From Sphyrna mokarran (lineage: Eukaryota): DNA of 64,000 nucleotides. Location: positions 40,362,001 through 40,426,000 of the forward strand of contig JAGIQG010000013.1 of assembly GCA_024679065.1 (NCBI GenBank), given 5' to 3'. Each line of letters opens with the position of its first letter. Position 1 is the first letter of the stretch. Of the stretch, positions 26,478 through 40,504 are shown in pieces. The notes below the pieces were generated by a model, which saw only the letters and a list, made by a program, of their open reading frames with translations, was not told where the DNA came from and made no database searches. The position numbers and the translations under genes were made by a program.

Positions 26478-26800
26478 GGGACATATGCATCGCTGGCTGG
26501 CAAGCATTTATTGCCCTTTCCTAGTTATCCTTGTTCAGAGCGCAGTTGACAGTCAACAACATTACTGTGGTTTTGGAGTCACATGTTGGTCAGACCAGGT
26601 AAGGACAGCAGATTTCCATTTCTAAAGACATTAGTGATGGGTTTTTCTGACAATCAACAATGGTTTCATAGTCATCAGTAGATTTTTAATTCCAGATTTT
26701 TTTATTGAATTCAAATTCCACCATCGTGGCGGGATTGGAATCCTGGTCCCGAGAACATTAACTGAGTTTCTGGATTAATAGTCTCACTAGGCCATTACCT
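26478..26800 (-). mobile_element. Second SINE family
   Basis: gggacatatgcatcgctggctggcaagcatttattgccc...ggagtcacatgttggtcagaccaggtaaggacagcagatttcc...ttgaattcaaattccaccatcgtggcgggattggaatcc. Confidence 0.75.
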
Positions 26801-27009
26801 GCCCACAAGAAGAGTATGATTATGCTGGTCTTTTCTCCCCCCACTTGAATGGCTCCCTGGACACAATGCCATGGTCAGTTTGCTCATCCTTCCTATGGTT
26901 CTTGCACTTGTCTACACAATCTCAGACCTATTGGACAGCTCATGGACTGAGGCTCCTGCAGTGCTCTGTCTTGGATCACTCTACCTTCCTCATTCTTAGT
27001 CACACTCTG

Positions 27010-27270
27010 CTGTCCCTGACCACTGACTGAATACGAAGTGGTTAATCTAAGGGGGTGTGACTGTCTCCTGAAACACAGTGTCCAGGTAACTTACCTCAAC
27101 CCTGACAATGTCGCAAAGACTGAACCTTAGCCTCCAGCTCAATGACTCTGAGCCAAAGTTCCTTGAGGAACCAACATTTGCTGCAGATGTGGTTGCTATT
27201 AACCACAGTGGGATCCACAAAATTTCATAGGTTGCAGCTATAATACTTCGCCTCTTGCGCTGCATCTCTA
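27010..27270 (-). mobile_element. CR1 ORF1 N-terminal fragment (Cys-rich knuckle plus coiled coil)
   Basis: Minus-strand peptides CCNL..FVDP, HICSKCWFLKELWLRVIELEAK and SYLDTVFQETVTP. Confidence 0.6.
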
Positions 27271-29734
27271 TTCTATTTAATTAGATTTTCAATTTGTTCT
27301 TAATTTTACTGATACTTAGTTTTCACACCCAACTTTTTTCTACCTAGCCTTCAATCTCAAAGCAAGTCCAGAAAGGTAAAAGACAGAAATATTTACATAC
27401 CAAATACTTAGCTGTGATATTACAGTGGGTGTGTTCACAGGATGTGTTGGACTGCTGCAATTTATCGTCCAGTTCCCTGGCCTTTCTCTGCTCCTGCCCC
27501 TCTGACTTGTGGATGTAGTAAGGGATATAAGACACAGCAACAACTCCTTTCCCAACTTCTCTCAAACTCTCAAACTTAACAAAACTCCAGACTTTCACTC
27601 TCTGCAGCTAGCATCTGCAATACTGCTGTGATAATATGTTTTTGTTTCTTAGATGTAGCCACATGAATTGAAATATATTTGTGATTTGCAGTGACCATTT
27701 TCATTGGTAACAGGAAGAGTTTTAAGTCTGAATGTTTTATTTAGAATTCAGCATAAGTGCTCCTTGTTGTTTAACTACCTACTTGGTGCAAAAACTCACT
27801 TAAGGAGAGTTATTGGTTGCAGAAAATTTTATTTTGAAAACTACTATTTGTTTCTGTCAACCCCTGTTGAGTTTAATTTTTATTGAAACAATGAGTGCTG
27901 ATGAGATCATTGTGGGGGTACTGGCTAGGAATGTTCCCTAGCCCAACAGTGTGAAAGAGGTTAATTAACATGCACAGTTAAAATGCCAAGGTCCTTGAAG
28001 CAGACTGGGTTAATAACTGTAAATCAATGTTAATTCAGTTCCCTCACACTGTCAAGTTCAGTCACTCCTCCCTGTCAGTTCCTCCAGCACTTTCCGAAGT
28101 AGTTCTACAACATTGCCTTGGCTCTCAGCACCGTGGAATCAGCCTCCACTTATGCTGTGGGTGAATTTCAGAGTACTGGAATAATATCATTTAAACTGGT
28201 TTTGAGGTGCAGCTTACAATTTTATTTCTCCTGACCTTTACTTTCTCATGACTGAAGATGATGGTCTGGAATGGCCAGTCAAAAAGGAGTGGCACTGATG
28301 GCTCATAGGCTGGCCGAGAGTTAGACTGCAGTAAAAGATGGCAGGCTTTCTGCCAATGCTTGTGTTATCAACAGGGTGCCAGTGCTGGTGAAGCCATTTA
28401 TCTAGGTGGTCTTGGTGCCTAATGGAAGTAGCTTTGTTTATATTTATTGCTTTATCATTGAATGGGGCTTACATTTTTAAAAAGCTGTATTAAAATATCT
28501 TCCCTCTACTCTCAGGAAGGCATCAACTTCTATGTCAACAGTGATCACATCTGGTACTTGCATAAATTCCCATTATTCATTGTTCACCTTAATGCTGAAT
28601 GCTGCTAGACTATCACACACAGGAACATCACAACCAATGCCAATTTTTGTCCTTACCGAATGTCCCTCGTGTGCATTTCGGTAGGAGCTGCTGGCTTGCA
28701 ATTAGAAGTACTGATTATTCTGCCTGAAGCAGAGTGTTGCAGCTAATGTATGACCTGAAGATCAATCTGGGAACATTACTGGTCCATATGACAGAGATGT
28801 AGCTCGGAGAGCCCATCACAGCCCATCAATGAGTATTTCAGTCAACGCAGATCTGAGCCTGAGTGACTGCTAAGTTTCAAAAATTTATTGGAAGTTTGTT
28901 TCCAGTATCAATTGGATAATGGTGTAGTCGGAACAATGTTTCATTGCTGTAGCTATGGAAATAAATGCAGCCAATGTTGATGATCAGTCACTTCATTCTT
29001 TTTGATTTAAAACCTGTCAACTTGCTGTTTTAAAGAAACTCTCTGCAATGGTAAAAATTGTTGGACAGTCATCCATCCATTTGGAGGTGCCATTGACAAT
29101 TCTAGTGTGTTAGAAGCACATTGAGTATTACAACATAGAATGAGACAGTTCGTCACAGTAAAAATGAGCTAGTGTGGAAACAAAGGATACTTGGCACAAA
29201 CCATCTACCATAGGTTGGGGTGCACTCAAATATCTAATCCCAGTTACACTGCTTGATATATTTATTTAACTATTTTAGGAAAGCACAATTATGAATCTTA
29301 GAGCTTTTAGTTATTTTTGGAGACGTTTTATATTATCCTCTCTCTGTCTGTTAGATGACCACGAGATCAAGCTCAATTCCAGGACTTGAGACGCAATCTA
29401 GGCTGACATACAGTATTATGATAGTAGTATTTAGTGTTAGTACTTAATTGGATGCTTATGTTTCCATTCTCTGCTTGAAAAGGAATAGGTTGTTTTTCCA
29501 TTGTCTTTCCCATCATTCCTTCCTCAATGTCACGTGTCATTGTTTTTTGTAGGATCTTATGAAGTAAAAAGTGACATTTACCTCCATAAAAAGTGACTTC
29601 ATTTTGAGGAAAATAGCATGAAATACATATTTTTAAAAAATATGCATTAGTATCACAAGTAGGCTTATAATAACACTGCAATGAAGTTACCATGAAAATA
29701 TCCTAGTTGCTATACTTCACTGCCTGTAGGGGCA

Positions 29735-29926
29735 CACTAAGGGAGAATGCAGCATGGCCATGTAGTTAAACGGCATGTCTTTCGGACTGTGGGAGAAACC
29801 AGAGCACCGTGAGGAAACTCATGCAGACACTGGGAGAACATGTAGATTCTATACAGATAGTGACCCAAGCCAGAATTGAACCAGGTCACTGCTGCTGTAA
29901 GACAGCAGTGCTAACCACCGTGCCAC
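29735..29926 (-). mobile_element. HE1-like SINE, partial and decayed
   Basis: Reverse complement of the SINE head and core: ggactgtgggagaaaccagagcacc...gaattgaacc...gcagtgctaaccaccgtgcc. Confidence 0.75.
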
Positions 29927-29954
29927 TGAAAGATTATAATAGGAACTCTCCAAT

Positions 29955-30565
29955 CTCACCCACGCTGGGATTCTCCAGTCCCACCACTATGAATGGAGAT
30001 TTGACTGATCGCTAAACTCTTTGTTCTCGCTGGAGAATTCTGGCCTGTGTTAAAAGATATGTCACCGTTGGCTATTCACTCACCATTGCCACTGCCAGCC
30101 AAATCTCTGCTCACTGCAACAGGACTGGAGAATCCCAGTTGCAGGCAAAGTCAGAGAATCCAATCTCAATAAAAAAAAGTCAAATATAATTACAAAATGA
30201 CCAACATTTTAACTTTCAGCATGGATGTGAAATTTTAACTTTGTTTCTTTCTCCATAGACCTGTTGAGTATTTCTACACTTTGTTTATATTTCAGGTTTC
30301 CAGCATCCGCACTATTTTGCTATCACTTTTTATTTTATTACCTTCTTTTCTATAAATTCACTAAAATTTTTAATGGAATCCTCTTTGCACAAAAAGTGTT
30401 CACTAAATAAATTTTGATGAGGGAAAAGAACGAATGGTTAAATTCTATGGCCGCTATCACCGGTGGTGGTACTTCTGGTTTCACCAAAGTCAGTGGAGTT
30501 TTGAACGGCTCGTCACGTTTTCCAGCCCCGTCCCACCCAGAAAGAGCCATAAATTCTGCCCTGTG
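29955..30565. mobile_element. Cluster of short MITE-like, palindromic non-autonomous elements
   Basis: ctgggattctccagtcc near 29966 recurs as its reverse complement ggactggagaatcccag near 30122. 30440-30561 is bounded by taaattctatggcc and gccataaattctgccc. Confidence 0.45.
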
Positions 30566-32405
30566 TCACTTCTATCTTACTGATGTTATGTGCAACTGCC
30601 AATGTGATGCATTTCAATCAAACCTTAAAATGTTGACTTGAGTATTCTGTATATACATGTGGAAAAAACTGTGAAGCACATGGTGGTACTTTATGTCGGA
30701 AATACTGGATCACAAGCACAAGAGATTTATGGCATCAATTGAGTTTCTTGTTGCTGGAAATGCACGGTAATTGGCATTTGTATTTAGGACTTCTATTGCA
30801 AAATTGTTGTCCTCAACATATTTTGGTAACTGCAAAAAATGTCATTAGTGAGGTCATATCATTGACTTTACTGGAACAACTTTTCAAGCCCAAGTGCATG
30901 GGAGAAATGCTATCATCAGTAGCCTAACACACCAGGAAAGATGCAGCATAATCACATTATGTTACTTAAAGTACTCAAAAAGTCTGTTGAAATTACCAGA
31001 GTAAAATAATATTAATGTTCAATCTTAGTTCTTTGCAGTTCACTTTTTTAATAAAAGATTCCTATGAAGACCACTGTTGCAAAAACATTATATAGGTTGT
31101 AGAACTTAACTACGTTCACAGAACAATCCCAGGTTTGTTCCCTGGTACTGCTGAACTGATTGCACCCAGGAAAGTGGGGCATAAAAATTTTTAATCACTG
31201 TCTCAGGAGATGAGAATTAAAAGTAAAATCCTTTTTAGGAAACTGTCATGTTTTTTGGGGGGTACTGGAGGGCACCAAGTTGAATCCGAGGCCTGTGTTG
31301 AATTTATGATGCTTAGCCAAGTGGCAATAGTGTTGACGCAGGTCCCGAGAGTGAGGATTGAACCTGATACTATAGACTAAGAAGTATAAAAACTAATCAG
31401 ATTTACCATTCCCATTGCTCTGAAGGAATGCTGGTGGATGTAGGTAAATGTTGGTCCTTGGTATAAACTCTACAAAACGTCTGGCAGACCTATGATGGAA
31501 ATTGCACAAGAAGTTGCTGAATACCATTTCTGAAATATCTGAGGGATATTGCATAAATCATGCCCGATAAAGCTTTCAGTGAACAATACACTTAATTTCT
31601 CACAAAGTTGGCATTGTGTTCATGGTATTCTGTTAAGTGTTATTTAACAATATAAAATTAGAATAAATATGTTGTAGGTCTGAAATGAGCAAGTATAATT
31701 GGAGTGGAATTTTGGTTCAGTAGGTTTCTTTCTTTTGCCTTTGCGCAGAGTAAGTAGAACAGTTAATGACTGCAGATGTGGCACTGAGTAGAAGTACACA
31801 ATTGTTTTGAAAAATTTTGCAGCAGGCAAAGACTTGTGGGAAAGCCATCTCATGCGCTTACTTAAAATAAGTTAACGTGGTATTGATTATAAACTGCAAC
31901 ACTGATTTTTGTAGATCAAAGAATCACTAATGATCACTTGCCATATACAAATTAAAACTTGCTGTTGGTAACCAGCAATATTAATGATGTGGTCTGAGGA
32001 CTGTGATCATTAGTATAGCAACTTTATTTTGCTAACTTTAAATGTACAATAACCTACATTATTTATTGTTGATTATACTTTAAAGATACAAGGATGGAAT
32101 ACATGCTGTTTCAAACCGTCTACTAATCTGGACCATTACATACTACGATGTTTAACCCTGACTGACTAATACTTGTAACTTTAACTCTTAGAGTATGAAA
32201 TTGGAAATGTAAATGAAATATAAATGTAACATATAATTGTTAAAATCTTGCAATACCTGTCCAAATGCATATAGATCTTTCACAATCAAAATTGATTATA
32301 TTATTTATGTAATAAGGGTATTTGATATAGATTTATATATTAATAATGTTTTTTTATTTAAAGAATAAAATTGTGGAGAAGGGAAGCACCAATCAAAAAG
32401 ACGCC

Positions 32406-32491
32406 ATGCTGTCTGCAACTCCCGTATATGGTAACCTTCACAGCTGGATGAGTACGGATAGAGTCCGCATGTGTGGAATTAATGAAGATGG
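32406..32491 (+). CDS. BCOR: BCOR first coding exon (human exon 2 equivalent), [28 protein letters not shown](G)
   Basis: ATG at 32406 in good Kozak context (GACGCCATG). Translation closely matches the BCOR N-terminus (human [29 protein letters not shown]). 86 coding nt, then donor GG|gtaaga. Likely acceptor tttttatttaaag| at 32363 gives about 42 nt of 5'UTR. Too short to appear in the ORF track. Confidence 0.96.
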
Positions 32492-32989
32492 GTAAGACAA
32501 GTTATATTTTTGCTTGGCACTAAGAAAAACTACTTTTTGGCTCGGATTTTGCCATTGTAATGATGGTAAATCCGTCTGTACTTGCCGTCATTGCTCTGTG
32601 AAACTGACAACACTTTCTGGTGTCAGTACATGCACAGTTAAACACATATATCCAGGAGTTGCTGTCAGTATTTCCATTTTTCTCTACAGAGTATGCTAGT
32701 GGAAGTTCTCACAGAAAGAAATCAGGTAGAAATCACTGATTTGACATGAACTTTCACTTATTACACTATTATTCTTGCTGGAAAAGCATTTGAAAATGTT
32801 ACACCTTGTTGAATAAGCTTGGTTTATAATGACATCCTAATTTATAATTCCAGTTGAGCAACCTCTCTGGCCCTGAAAAATTAATCCTTTTTGTGGAATA
32901 TCAAATTTCTCCATTTCATGCTAAAAATTCCATAGATGTACTTTTCCTCTTTTATGTTTGATTTTTTGGCTTCTACCTTAATCCCATTT

Positions 32990-34750
32990 TGTATAGGAAC
33001 AAGAGTAGGCCCATCAACCCTGCTCCATCATTCAAGTAGATCATGGCTGATCATCTACATTTACATCAACACACTTTCCTGTACTATGTCCACAAGGCCA
33101 TCAGACATAGGAGCAGAAGTAGGCCATTCAGACCATTGAATCCGCTCTGCCATTTAATGAGATCATAGTCCTCCACTCTACTTTGTTACATTGTCCCCAT
33201 AACCCTTGCTTTCCTACTGATTAAAAATCTATTTTAGCCTTGAACATAACACCCTCTGTGGTAAAGAATTCCACAGATTCACAACTCTCTGAAAGAAGAA
33301 ATTCTTCCTCACCTCTGTCTTAAATGGGATATCTCTTACTCAGATCCCTCGTGTGCTGTGGCTCCTTCCCTGCTGCCATCAGACTTTTAAATAGATCTAC
33401 CTTGCATTAAATTGATATTTTTCTACCCCCTAGCTATGACTGCAGTGCTATATTTGGCACTCTTCTTCACTATGAAAAGTATGCTTTTTTTTTACAGTAT
33501 ACCAATACATGTACAATAATAAATCAAATCAAATTTCTGCAGTCTTTCTCGATTTAAACAATATTCAATTCCTTTATTCTTCCCACCAAAGCGCATAACT
33601 TCCCAATTTCCTACATTATATTCCACCTGTCAAGTTTTTGCCCACATACCTAACCTGTCTATATCCTCTGTAGACTCTTTATGTTATCCTCACCACTCAT
33701 TTTGAGTCCCTTAGATTTCTGGAGACATCAAAGGATAAAAACAATCAGTTTTTGTTTTGAACAGACCAATGATTGAATTTTCAAAGGTTCATCATCTTCT
33801 GAGTAAAGAAATTCTTCCTCACCTCAGCCTTAAATAGTCTACTCCTGCTCCTGAGATTACGTCCCCTGGTATTAGACTCACCTGTCAGGAGAAACAACTT
33901 CGTCTGACACACCCTGCAAGAATTTTGTAAGCTTCAATTAGGTCACTCTTTCATTCTTTGCAATTCTAAGTACACAGACCTCAATCTCTCCTCATAAAAC
34001 AATCTTGCCATCCCAGGGATTAACATGATGAGCTTCTGTTGCACTCTATCTATGGCAAGTATAGAGAAATTATTATTATGAATTATTATTATATAAGTAC
34101 AATTAGCTCCTTGGATAAAGAGACCAAAACTGTAAACAATATTCCAGGTGAAGTTTCACCAAGGCTTTATCTAACTGTAGAAAGGCACCTTTACTCTCTA
34201 TACAAATTGCAATGAAGGTCACATACCATTTGTCTTCCTAATTGCTTACTGCACCTGCAAAACTAACTTTTGAGCCAGGACATCCAGGTCCCTTTGGACA
34301 CCTGCACTTCCCATTCTCTCACTATCTACAAATGATTCTGTCTCCCTGTTTTTTATACCACTAACTTCACACTCATTCACATTATAGTCCATTTGCCATG
34401 TTCCAGCCCATTCACTTAACTTGTCCCAAGTCCTCCTTGCACGCTTGTCACAACTTGCTTTCTCACCCAGTTTGGCGTCATCAGCAAATGTGGAAATATT
34501 ACAATTAGCTCCCATGTCCAAATAATTTGTAACGCTTGTGAACAGCTGTGAACCTAGCATTTATCCTTGCAGAACCCCACTAGTAGCCATCCTGAGAATA
34601 ACCCATTTATTTATACTATCTGCTAACCAATTCTCAATCCAAACTAGTATATTTCTCTGAATCCCCTGCGTTATCATTTTATTTATGAGCATCCTGTGTG
34701 GAATATTATCAAAAGCCTTCTAAAAATCCAACTGCATCGCATTCACTGGT
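32990..34750 (-). mobile_element. CR1-type LINE fragments (3' ends and decayed reverse transcriptase)
   Basis: ORF 34246..34560 contains LGSQLF...ISTFADDAKLG...WQMDYNVNECEV...VQRDLDVL. 3' tails of the ataggagcagaagtaggccattca type. Confidence 0.85.
33358..33533 (+). mobile_element. Rex1-like LINE 3' fragment nested in CR1
   Basis: ttccctgctgccatcagactttt...aataaatcaaatcaaa; reverse complement of the 41359 copy. Confidence 0.7.
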
Positions 34751-35074
34751 TCTCCTTTATCAATGCTGCAAGTACAGATCTTTGAGTATTCTGAGAAAAG
34801 ACATGTCAAAATTTTTCATCTTTACTCATCAGGACACTACTGACATAAGAGGAAAACTACTATTTATTTTTGTTTCAGGGCCCGTATAGATGGTATTCCC
34901 AAGAATGGAATTCTGCCTAATCCCACCTCTCAAACATCTTTGTTGGGTTCCATCAGAAACATGTCTTTGAGGAATGACAAATAGTCTCCTACGCCTTGCA
35001 TATTTCTGATATGTGGGATAACATAGTTATATTTAAATCTGTAGCAGCAAATCAATGTGTAATAATTTCCTTAC

Positions 35075-35435
35075 ATATCTTAATGGGCTCCCGCATTCAA
35101 ATTCATCTTTGAAATCGAGCAGGCAAATTAACTCCCTCTCCTTGATGTACTAGTTGAGAAATGTATAAGGGTCTACTGCAAGCCACCTTCACCAGGACTC
35201 TAACAGTTTTACACAATACATTATTGCTCTTACTTGCAACCTTTTATGTAGGGCCTAAGCCATTTGCTTACTATACAAGCTTGATGCTGAAATAAGGATT
35301 TCAAAAGCGTCTTGCAGGATGATAGCTATCCTAATCAAATTTAGTTTGCACTATATATCACATGAATTCATGGATGAGCCATAGGCCATCATTTTCAGCC
35401 CTGCACAAGGGCCGGTCTCCTTCAGATTACTCCAG
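35075..35435 (+). mobile_element. Penelope-like element reverse transcriptase remnant
   Basis: Decayed LNGL.AFKFIFEIEQAN*LPLLDVLVEK...VYCKP, matching the PLE pattern FT.E.E....LPFLDV...VYRKPT. Confidence 0.6.
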
Positions 35436-35519
35436 AAATATGAGGAATAAACAGTTGTCTTCCAAAGTGTCCGGATGGGTGCAAGGCAAAAAGTTTCAAT
35501 GTGTCTTTTTTATGTTACA

Positions 35520-36150
35520 AATAATATCCTCAAAAAACTCCAAATTTGTCAAACATGATTTCTCTTTCATGTTCATGTTGACTCTGCCCAATTTTACCAT
35601 TCTTTCCACATGTCCAGTTATCGCATCCTTTATGATGGATTCGAATATTTTCCCTCTATTGATATCAAACACACAGGTCTGTTGATGTCCATTCTCCCCC
35701 TTCTTCCCTTCTTAAATTGAGGGGTTACATTTGCTGCTCTTCAGTCTGTAGAAACTTTTCCAGAAACTATAGAATTTTAAAGGATAACTATTGATGCATT
35801 GACTATTTCTCTAATCACCTCCTCCAACACTCTGGTCCAGATGATTTATCAACCTACAACCCATTTAACTTTTCAAACCCTACTCTTTACTAATAGTAGT
35901 TTCTTTTATTTCCTCAGTTTTACAAGTCCTGTGATCACCTAGTATTTCAGGGAGATTTTCTGTATTCCTTGAAGACGAGAGCAAAGTAACTTTATAGTTT
36001 CTCCAGCATTTCCCTGTTGTCCACTATAAAATAGCCTGTCCATACCTGAAATGGACCTGTGTTTGTCCTAATCTTTTCTGTTCACATAGAGCTTTTACAT
36101 TTTGTCTTTTGTGTCCTCTCTAGTTTGCTTTCATATTCTCTTTTCCTTTT
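35520..36150 (-). mobile_element. CR1 LINE fragment
   Basis: tttgtcaaacatgatttctctttcat...ggggttacatttgct...cagatgatttatc, typical of the CR1 antisense strand. Confidence 0.6.
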
Positions 36151-37560
36151 CCAATTCTCCTGTTTTCTGTCAAGTTACAAAGGGTGACTGATAAAACCAT
36201 ATTATTTCTTGGTTTACTGCCTGAAGATTCTTCAACGTGATTGGCTGCTTAGCCTGGTTGTTGAAATCAATGTTGTTGGATGCCAGTGATCCTCATAAAT
36301 AATGCCAGATGAAATGGATGTTGGGAAAAGTGAAATCAGTGCCACAGAACTTGTAAGATCTTTATGGAAAGTACTCTTCAAGGTCAGCAATGAGTACCAT
36401 CATTTTGCTGCTGACGACTAAATCTGGGCCATTTAAGATGGGGATTCATCTGTAGCAAGTCAGTGTTGACAAAGAGAGTGCAATTCTTGTTATGAGCACA
36501 GAATTCCACAGCGATTGTTGTACAACTCCTACACATGCACAGATTATATATTGTTTGCTTGCACGAAATGGAGAAGTGATAACTAAACTTCTTATTTAGA
36601 CATGTTGGTTTATTGTACAGGATAACATAGTTAGCTTCCTCTTCAAACCTATTCAAATGAATAAATCAATTTATAAAATCCATCCTGGTTAGTCAATTAC
36701 TTTCAAGAAGTGATAACTGTTTGCGAATGTGGAGACAAATAGGTTCAAGTAAGAATTTGCTGAAATTTGGCCTTGTTTCTTTGCATTCAGTGTATTTACA
36801 GACAATTCATTGCTTATCTGATATTGAGGAATGCTCCTCAACGCAGCCAAATAAAGCAGAGGGTTCAGACAACGTGCAAAAACAAGAGATTCTAACTTAA
36901 CTGGCATAACATATTTTACAGTTCATAAGTTTGTAAGAGATTTACATTTTGCTTGTTCATTTATGTATATGTGACTAGTATGACTTTAGTTTTCTTAAAT
37001 CCTGGAATTACACTGTGAGTCACTGATGGAAAATCATTATTGAGTTTGTCTAAACTTCTTTGCCATTATTTGATGTCTACTGAAAATTGCTCTTACAATG
37101 TTAAAACGAAGTAGGCATATGAAAACGAAATATGAAAGAATTACACTTGTAGTCCAAACACTTTGCCATATGTTTTAGTATGTGATATGTTTTTATTCCG
37201 TTTGTGCCAAAATGATTTGCACAGATGGATAGGACTTTCCAGCCTCTAAGCAAATTGGATCGAAACGTGAGCTGTATAAGTATATTCTGGCAACATTATA
37301 GAGAGCAATGCATGTAGCCTGTGGTTTCTAGACTATTATCAATATTTTTGTCACTGACATCCATACTTGTGTAGATTACAGATGAATAAATATACTGTTA
37401 GTACATCTGGCTGTTTTCATTCTTGTCATTTTCACTTTCTCATTTATGCAACTTCAGCCTGTAATAGGAAATTGTCACCATCTGACTAGAAATATCATCT
37501 TGTACTGTTTGTTAGCGCCCTCTCTCTTTGCTCCCCCTCCCCCCAATAACCCCTCTCTGC

Positions 37561-37581
37561 CACACACACACACACACACAC
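37561..37581. repeat. (CA)10 microsatellite
   Basis: Read directly from the sequence. Confidence 0.9.
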
Positions 37582-38807
37582 TTTACTCTTAACTCTCTCA
37601 ACTGGGTGAGGAAGATGTGGATCTTGGATCTTTGCCTTATTGCCAACTACCTGATCAGACACAATCACTATCAAGGAAGACTTCCTTCTTGAAGATTTAT
37701 AGCATTAAATGAAAACATTTGAACACTAGTGGCACCATTGCTATTTCAGCTCACTAAGTTTTGAGATGCCAGTTGTTGATGTTGTTAGTACTTTCCAAAA
37801 AAGGATAGGGCTCACTGTGCTTGTGCAATACATATTTCTTGTGTCAGCACATAAAAGGCTCATCTTAAAAGTAATTCAAAGCAGTTGAACTGGGAGAGTA
37901 AGTGTGCTTTCTTTTAAAAAAGTGTTCTCTTGGCAAAATAATATGATAACCAACCTTTAATGGTGGTTTGCTTCCGGCTGGTTTGAAGGGACTAGGGCCT
38001 CAAAATTCAACTACTAATGTTTGTACTAATTGTAATTGGAAGTTGAATATATGAGGAATCTTGTTCATGTAATTACTTCAATTATGACCTTATTGTTTGA
38101 AATACAGCATTCAGTACAAAGCTCTCACAAAATCTCCCCTTTTGTTACTCTTTCTGACCTCCCTGTTACTACTTTTTTCTGTTACCATCTCATGCTCTTG
38201 ACGTTACTTGCTCAAGTATGCTTCCTGCAGAAAAAAATGAACTGAGAGTATGACCATATCAAGGATAAAAACCACAGAAAAAGGGGCCTACGTTGGTCTG
38301 TGCTAAAGTTATAGTGGCCAATTCGGAGAACCCCGAGAAAGTTTCCTGAGTAAAGTAGAAAGGAGAAGTTGGTCTGACCCTAAGAGTTTAGGTTATTTTA
38401 AAGGCACAATGTTCCAGATGAATTTTCCCTCACAGAATGATTGCCTGTCATATCCTGTTTGTATGAAAAGATTGAACTATTTTGAAATAATGTGGAAAAC
38501 TTTACAAATATTCCAACACTGTAGGGCAGGTGAAGCTACATGCTGTACATGCTTCGCAGAACTAGTTCTTCATAGAACTGGTGAAGGGGAAAAGTGCTGT
38601 TGGATTCTAAAAATCCCTACATGATTTGTTCAGTGAACTTAGATAGTGTACGTACAGGTTAAAATTCACTTGGAAAAGTGGTAATAGTTATGTCAGACCT
38701 TCTTCATTTTAAAAGTAACCAACAATTATGAAATGTAATATTCAATTAAACAGATATGTACAGAACAAGCTATAAAACACTATTAACTTGAGTTTGTTTT
38801 GCAGCAG

Positions 38808-38898
38808 GAAAGTCTCTGTAAGCGATGGTGAAACACAGAAAAACATGAAGCGGTTTGGGATCAGGGAAGACAATCACATGACCCACAACTTGGGTGTG
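38808..38898 (+). CDS. BCOR: BCOR coding exon (exon 3 equivalent), (G)KVSVSDGETQKNMKRFGIREDNHMTHNLGV
   Basis: Acceptor tttgttttgcagcag| is a NAGNAG with alternative start 38805; donor GTG|gtaagc. Phase 2 in and phase 0 out fit the flanking exons. Resembles human [26 protein letters not shown]. Confidence 0.9.
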
Positions 38899-39224
38899 GT
38901 AAGCTGTTACTTATCCACTTCCTATTAAAGAACACCATCTTATTGTCATTGCATTTTCCTGCTTAAATCCCCCTATAATAACAAGGTTTTTGTAGTCTAA
39001 TCTCAATTAATATTTTAAACTATGAATTACTTGTTTAGTTCCATTCTAATTGAGATTTACAGAACATTTGTATTCATAGGTAGCATGTGATGGACATTTT
39101 GAAAAGTTTATTCCTAATAATGACTAAGTGGTGGCATCATCCAAGTGTTTTAATACACTTGTGTCACAATTCTCTCTCTGCTACTTTGATGGAAAAATTA
39201 ACTTATATTTCATAGGTTAATGCC

Positions 39225-39530
39225 TTAGGTAGGGGAATCTAAAATAGAGGGCAAAGGTTTAATTTGAGAGGGGAGAGATACAAAGGGAACCAAAGGGCAA
39301 TTTTTTCACACACAGGATGGTGCGTGCCTGGAAGAAGCTACCAGGGTAGTAGCAGAGGCGGGTACAATTTTGTCTTTCAAAAAGCTTTTAAAAGTTATAC
39401 GGGTAAGATGGATATAGAGGGATGTGGGCCAAATGCAGGCAATTGGGATTAACTTAGTGGTTTTAAAAAATGGGCAGCATGGAGAAATTGGGACGAAGGG
39501 CCTGTTTCTGTGTTATAAGCCTCTATGACT
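39225..39530 (+). mobile_element. CR1 LINE 3' end
   Basis: tagaggggcaaaggtttaa..gagaggggagagatac...atgtgggccaaatgcaggcaattggga...gaagggcctgtttctgtg. Confidence 0.7.
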
Positions 39531-40504
39531 ATTAAAATAAGACAAAACTGATAGGTGTGAGTTAAATAGTAGTTTGAAAGTTTAAATTTATTGGAACAAA
39601 TTTATAAATTGAAGTTGTGTTTTTGAGCATTACATGTTTGTATGAAGATTAAAATACATTTTTAATCTCAATTATTTGGCTACTACTTCTTGAAGTATGC
39701 ACCAAGTTATTGTAATGTAAATAGCTACATGTATCATTTAGCACTACAAATTGAAAAAATTTTACATCAGGTACTAGCATTGCAGTAATTATTGTTCCAA
39801 AGCAATAGGATCAAAAAGGAAAATTAAAATTAATTACTAAAACACTTAGAATAATGTTCTACATATTTTTTCGTATATTCTTAACCCTAAATTGTTTATC
39901 TGATCACAACAAAAAAAGGTGTTCAGATTTGGTCTTTTATGTCTGGAATATTGACTTTTTCAGATCCTCTCAATTTTAATCTTCACTACTCAAAATCAAA
40001 GATTTGTAAGTTTGCCTTAGCTGTATAGTCATTTAGTTTTAAGCACCTTCTGATTCTCTCAGGAGTCACACTTCCACAAAAAAATCTTGGCTTGTTAATT
40101 GCTAGCTAAGGTCTTGTTGAGAGCTAATTTATGGAGCAATACATAGAATACATCAGCACTAGTTGATCGAGGATGTTTAATTATTTAGTTACTATAAATC
40201 AGTGGTAAGAAATGCTGAGGATGAGCCTGAATATTTAGAGACTGTGCTGCCTCATAAATGGCAGTTTGTGGGGAAAATAAAAATATTATGATCAACATTA
40301 TCTTTAATAATTCATCATCACTGCTTTCTTGCTGCCCCACAAAACCCCCATCCTGGATCTGACTTGAATCTTGCTGCCACCCAGATTCCTGATCTGCACC
40401 TACATTGTCATTGATCCTGATCCATTTCCCAATGTCCCCCGACACTGATCTGACTCCAAGCGAGCTGACACACTCAAATGACGTAGAGCAGCTGATGCTG
40501 CATA

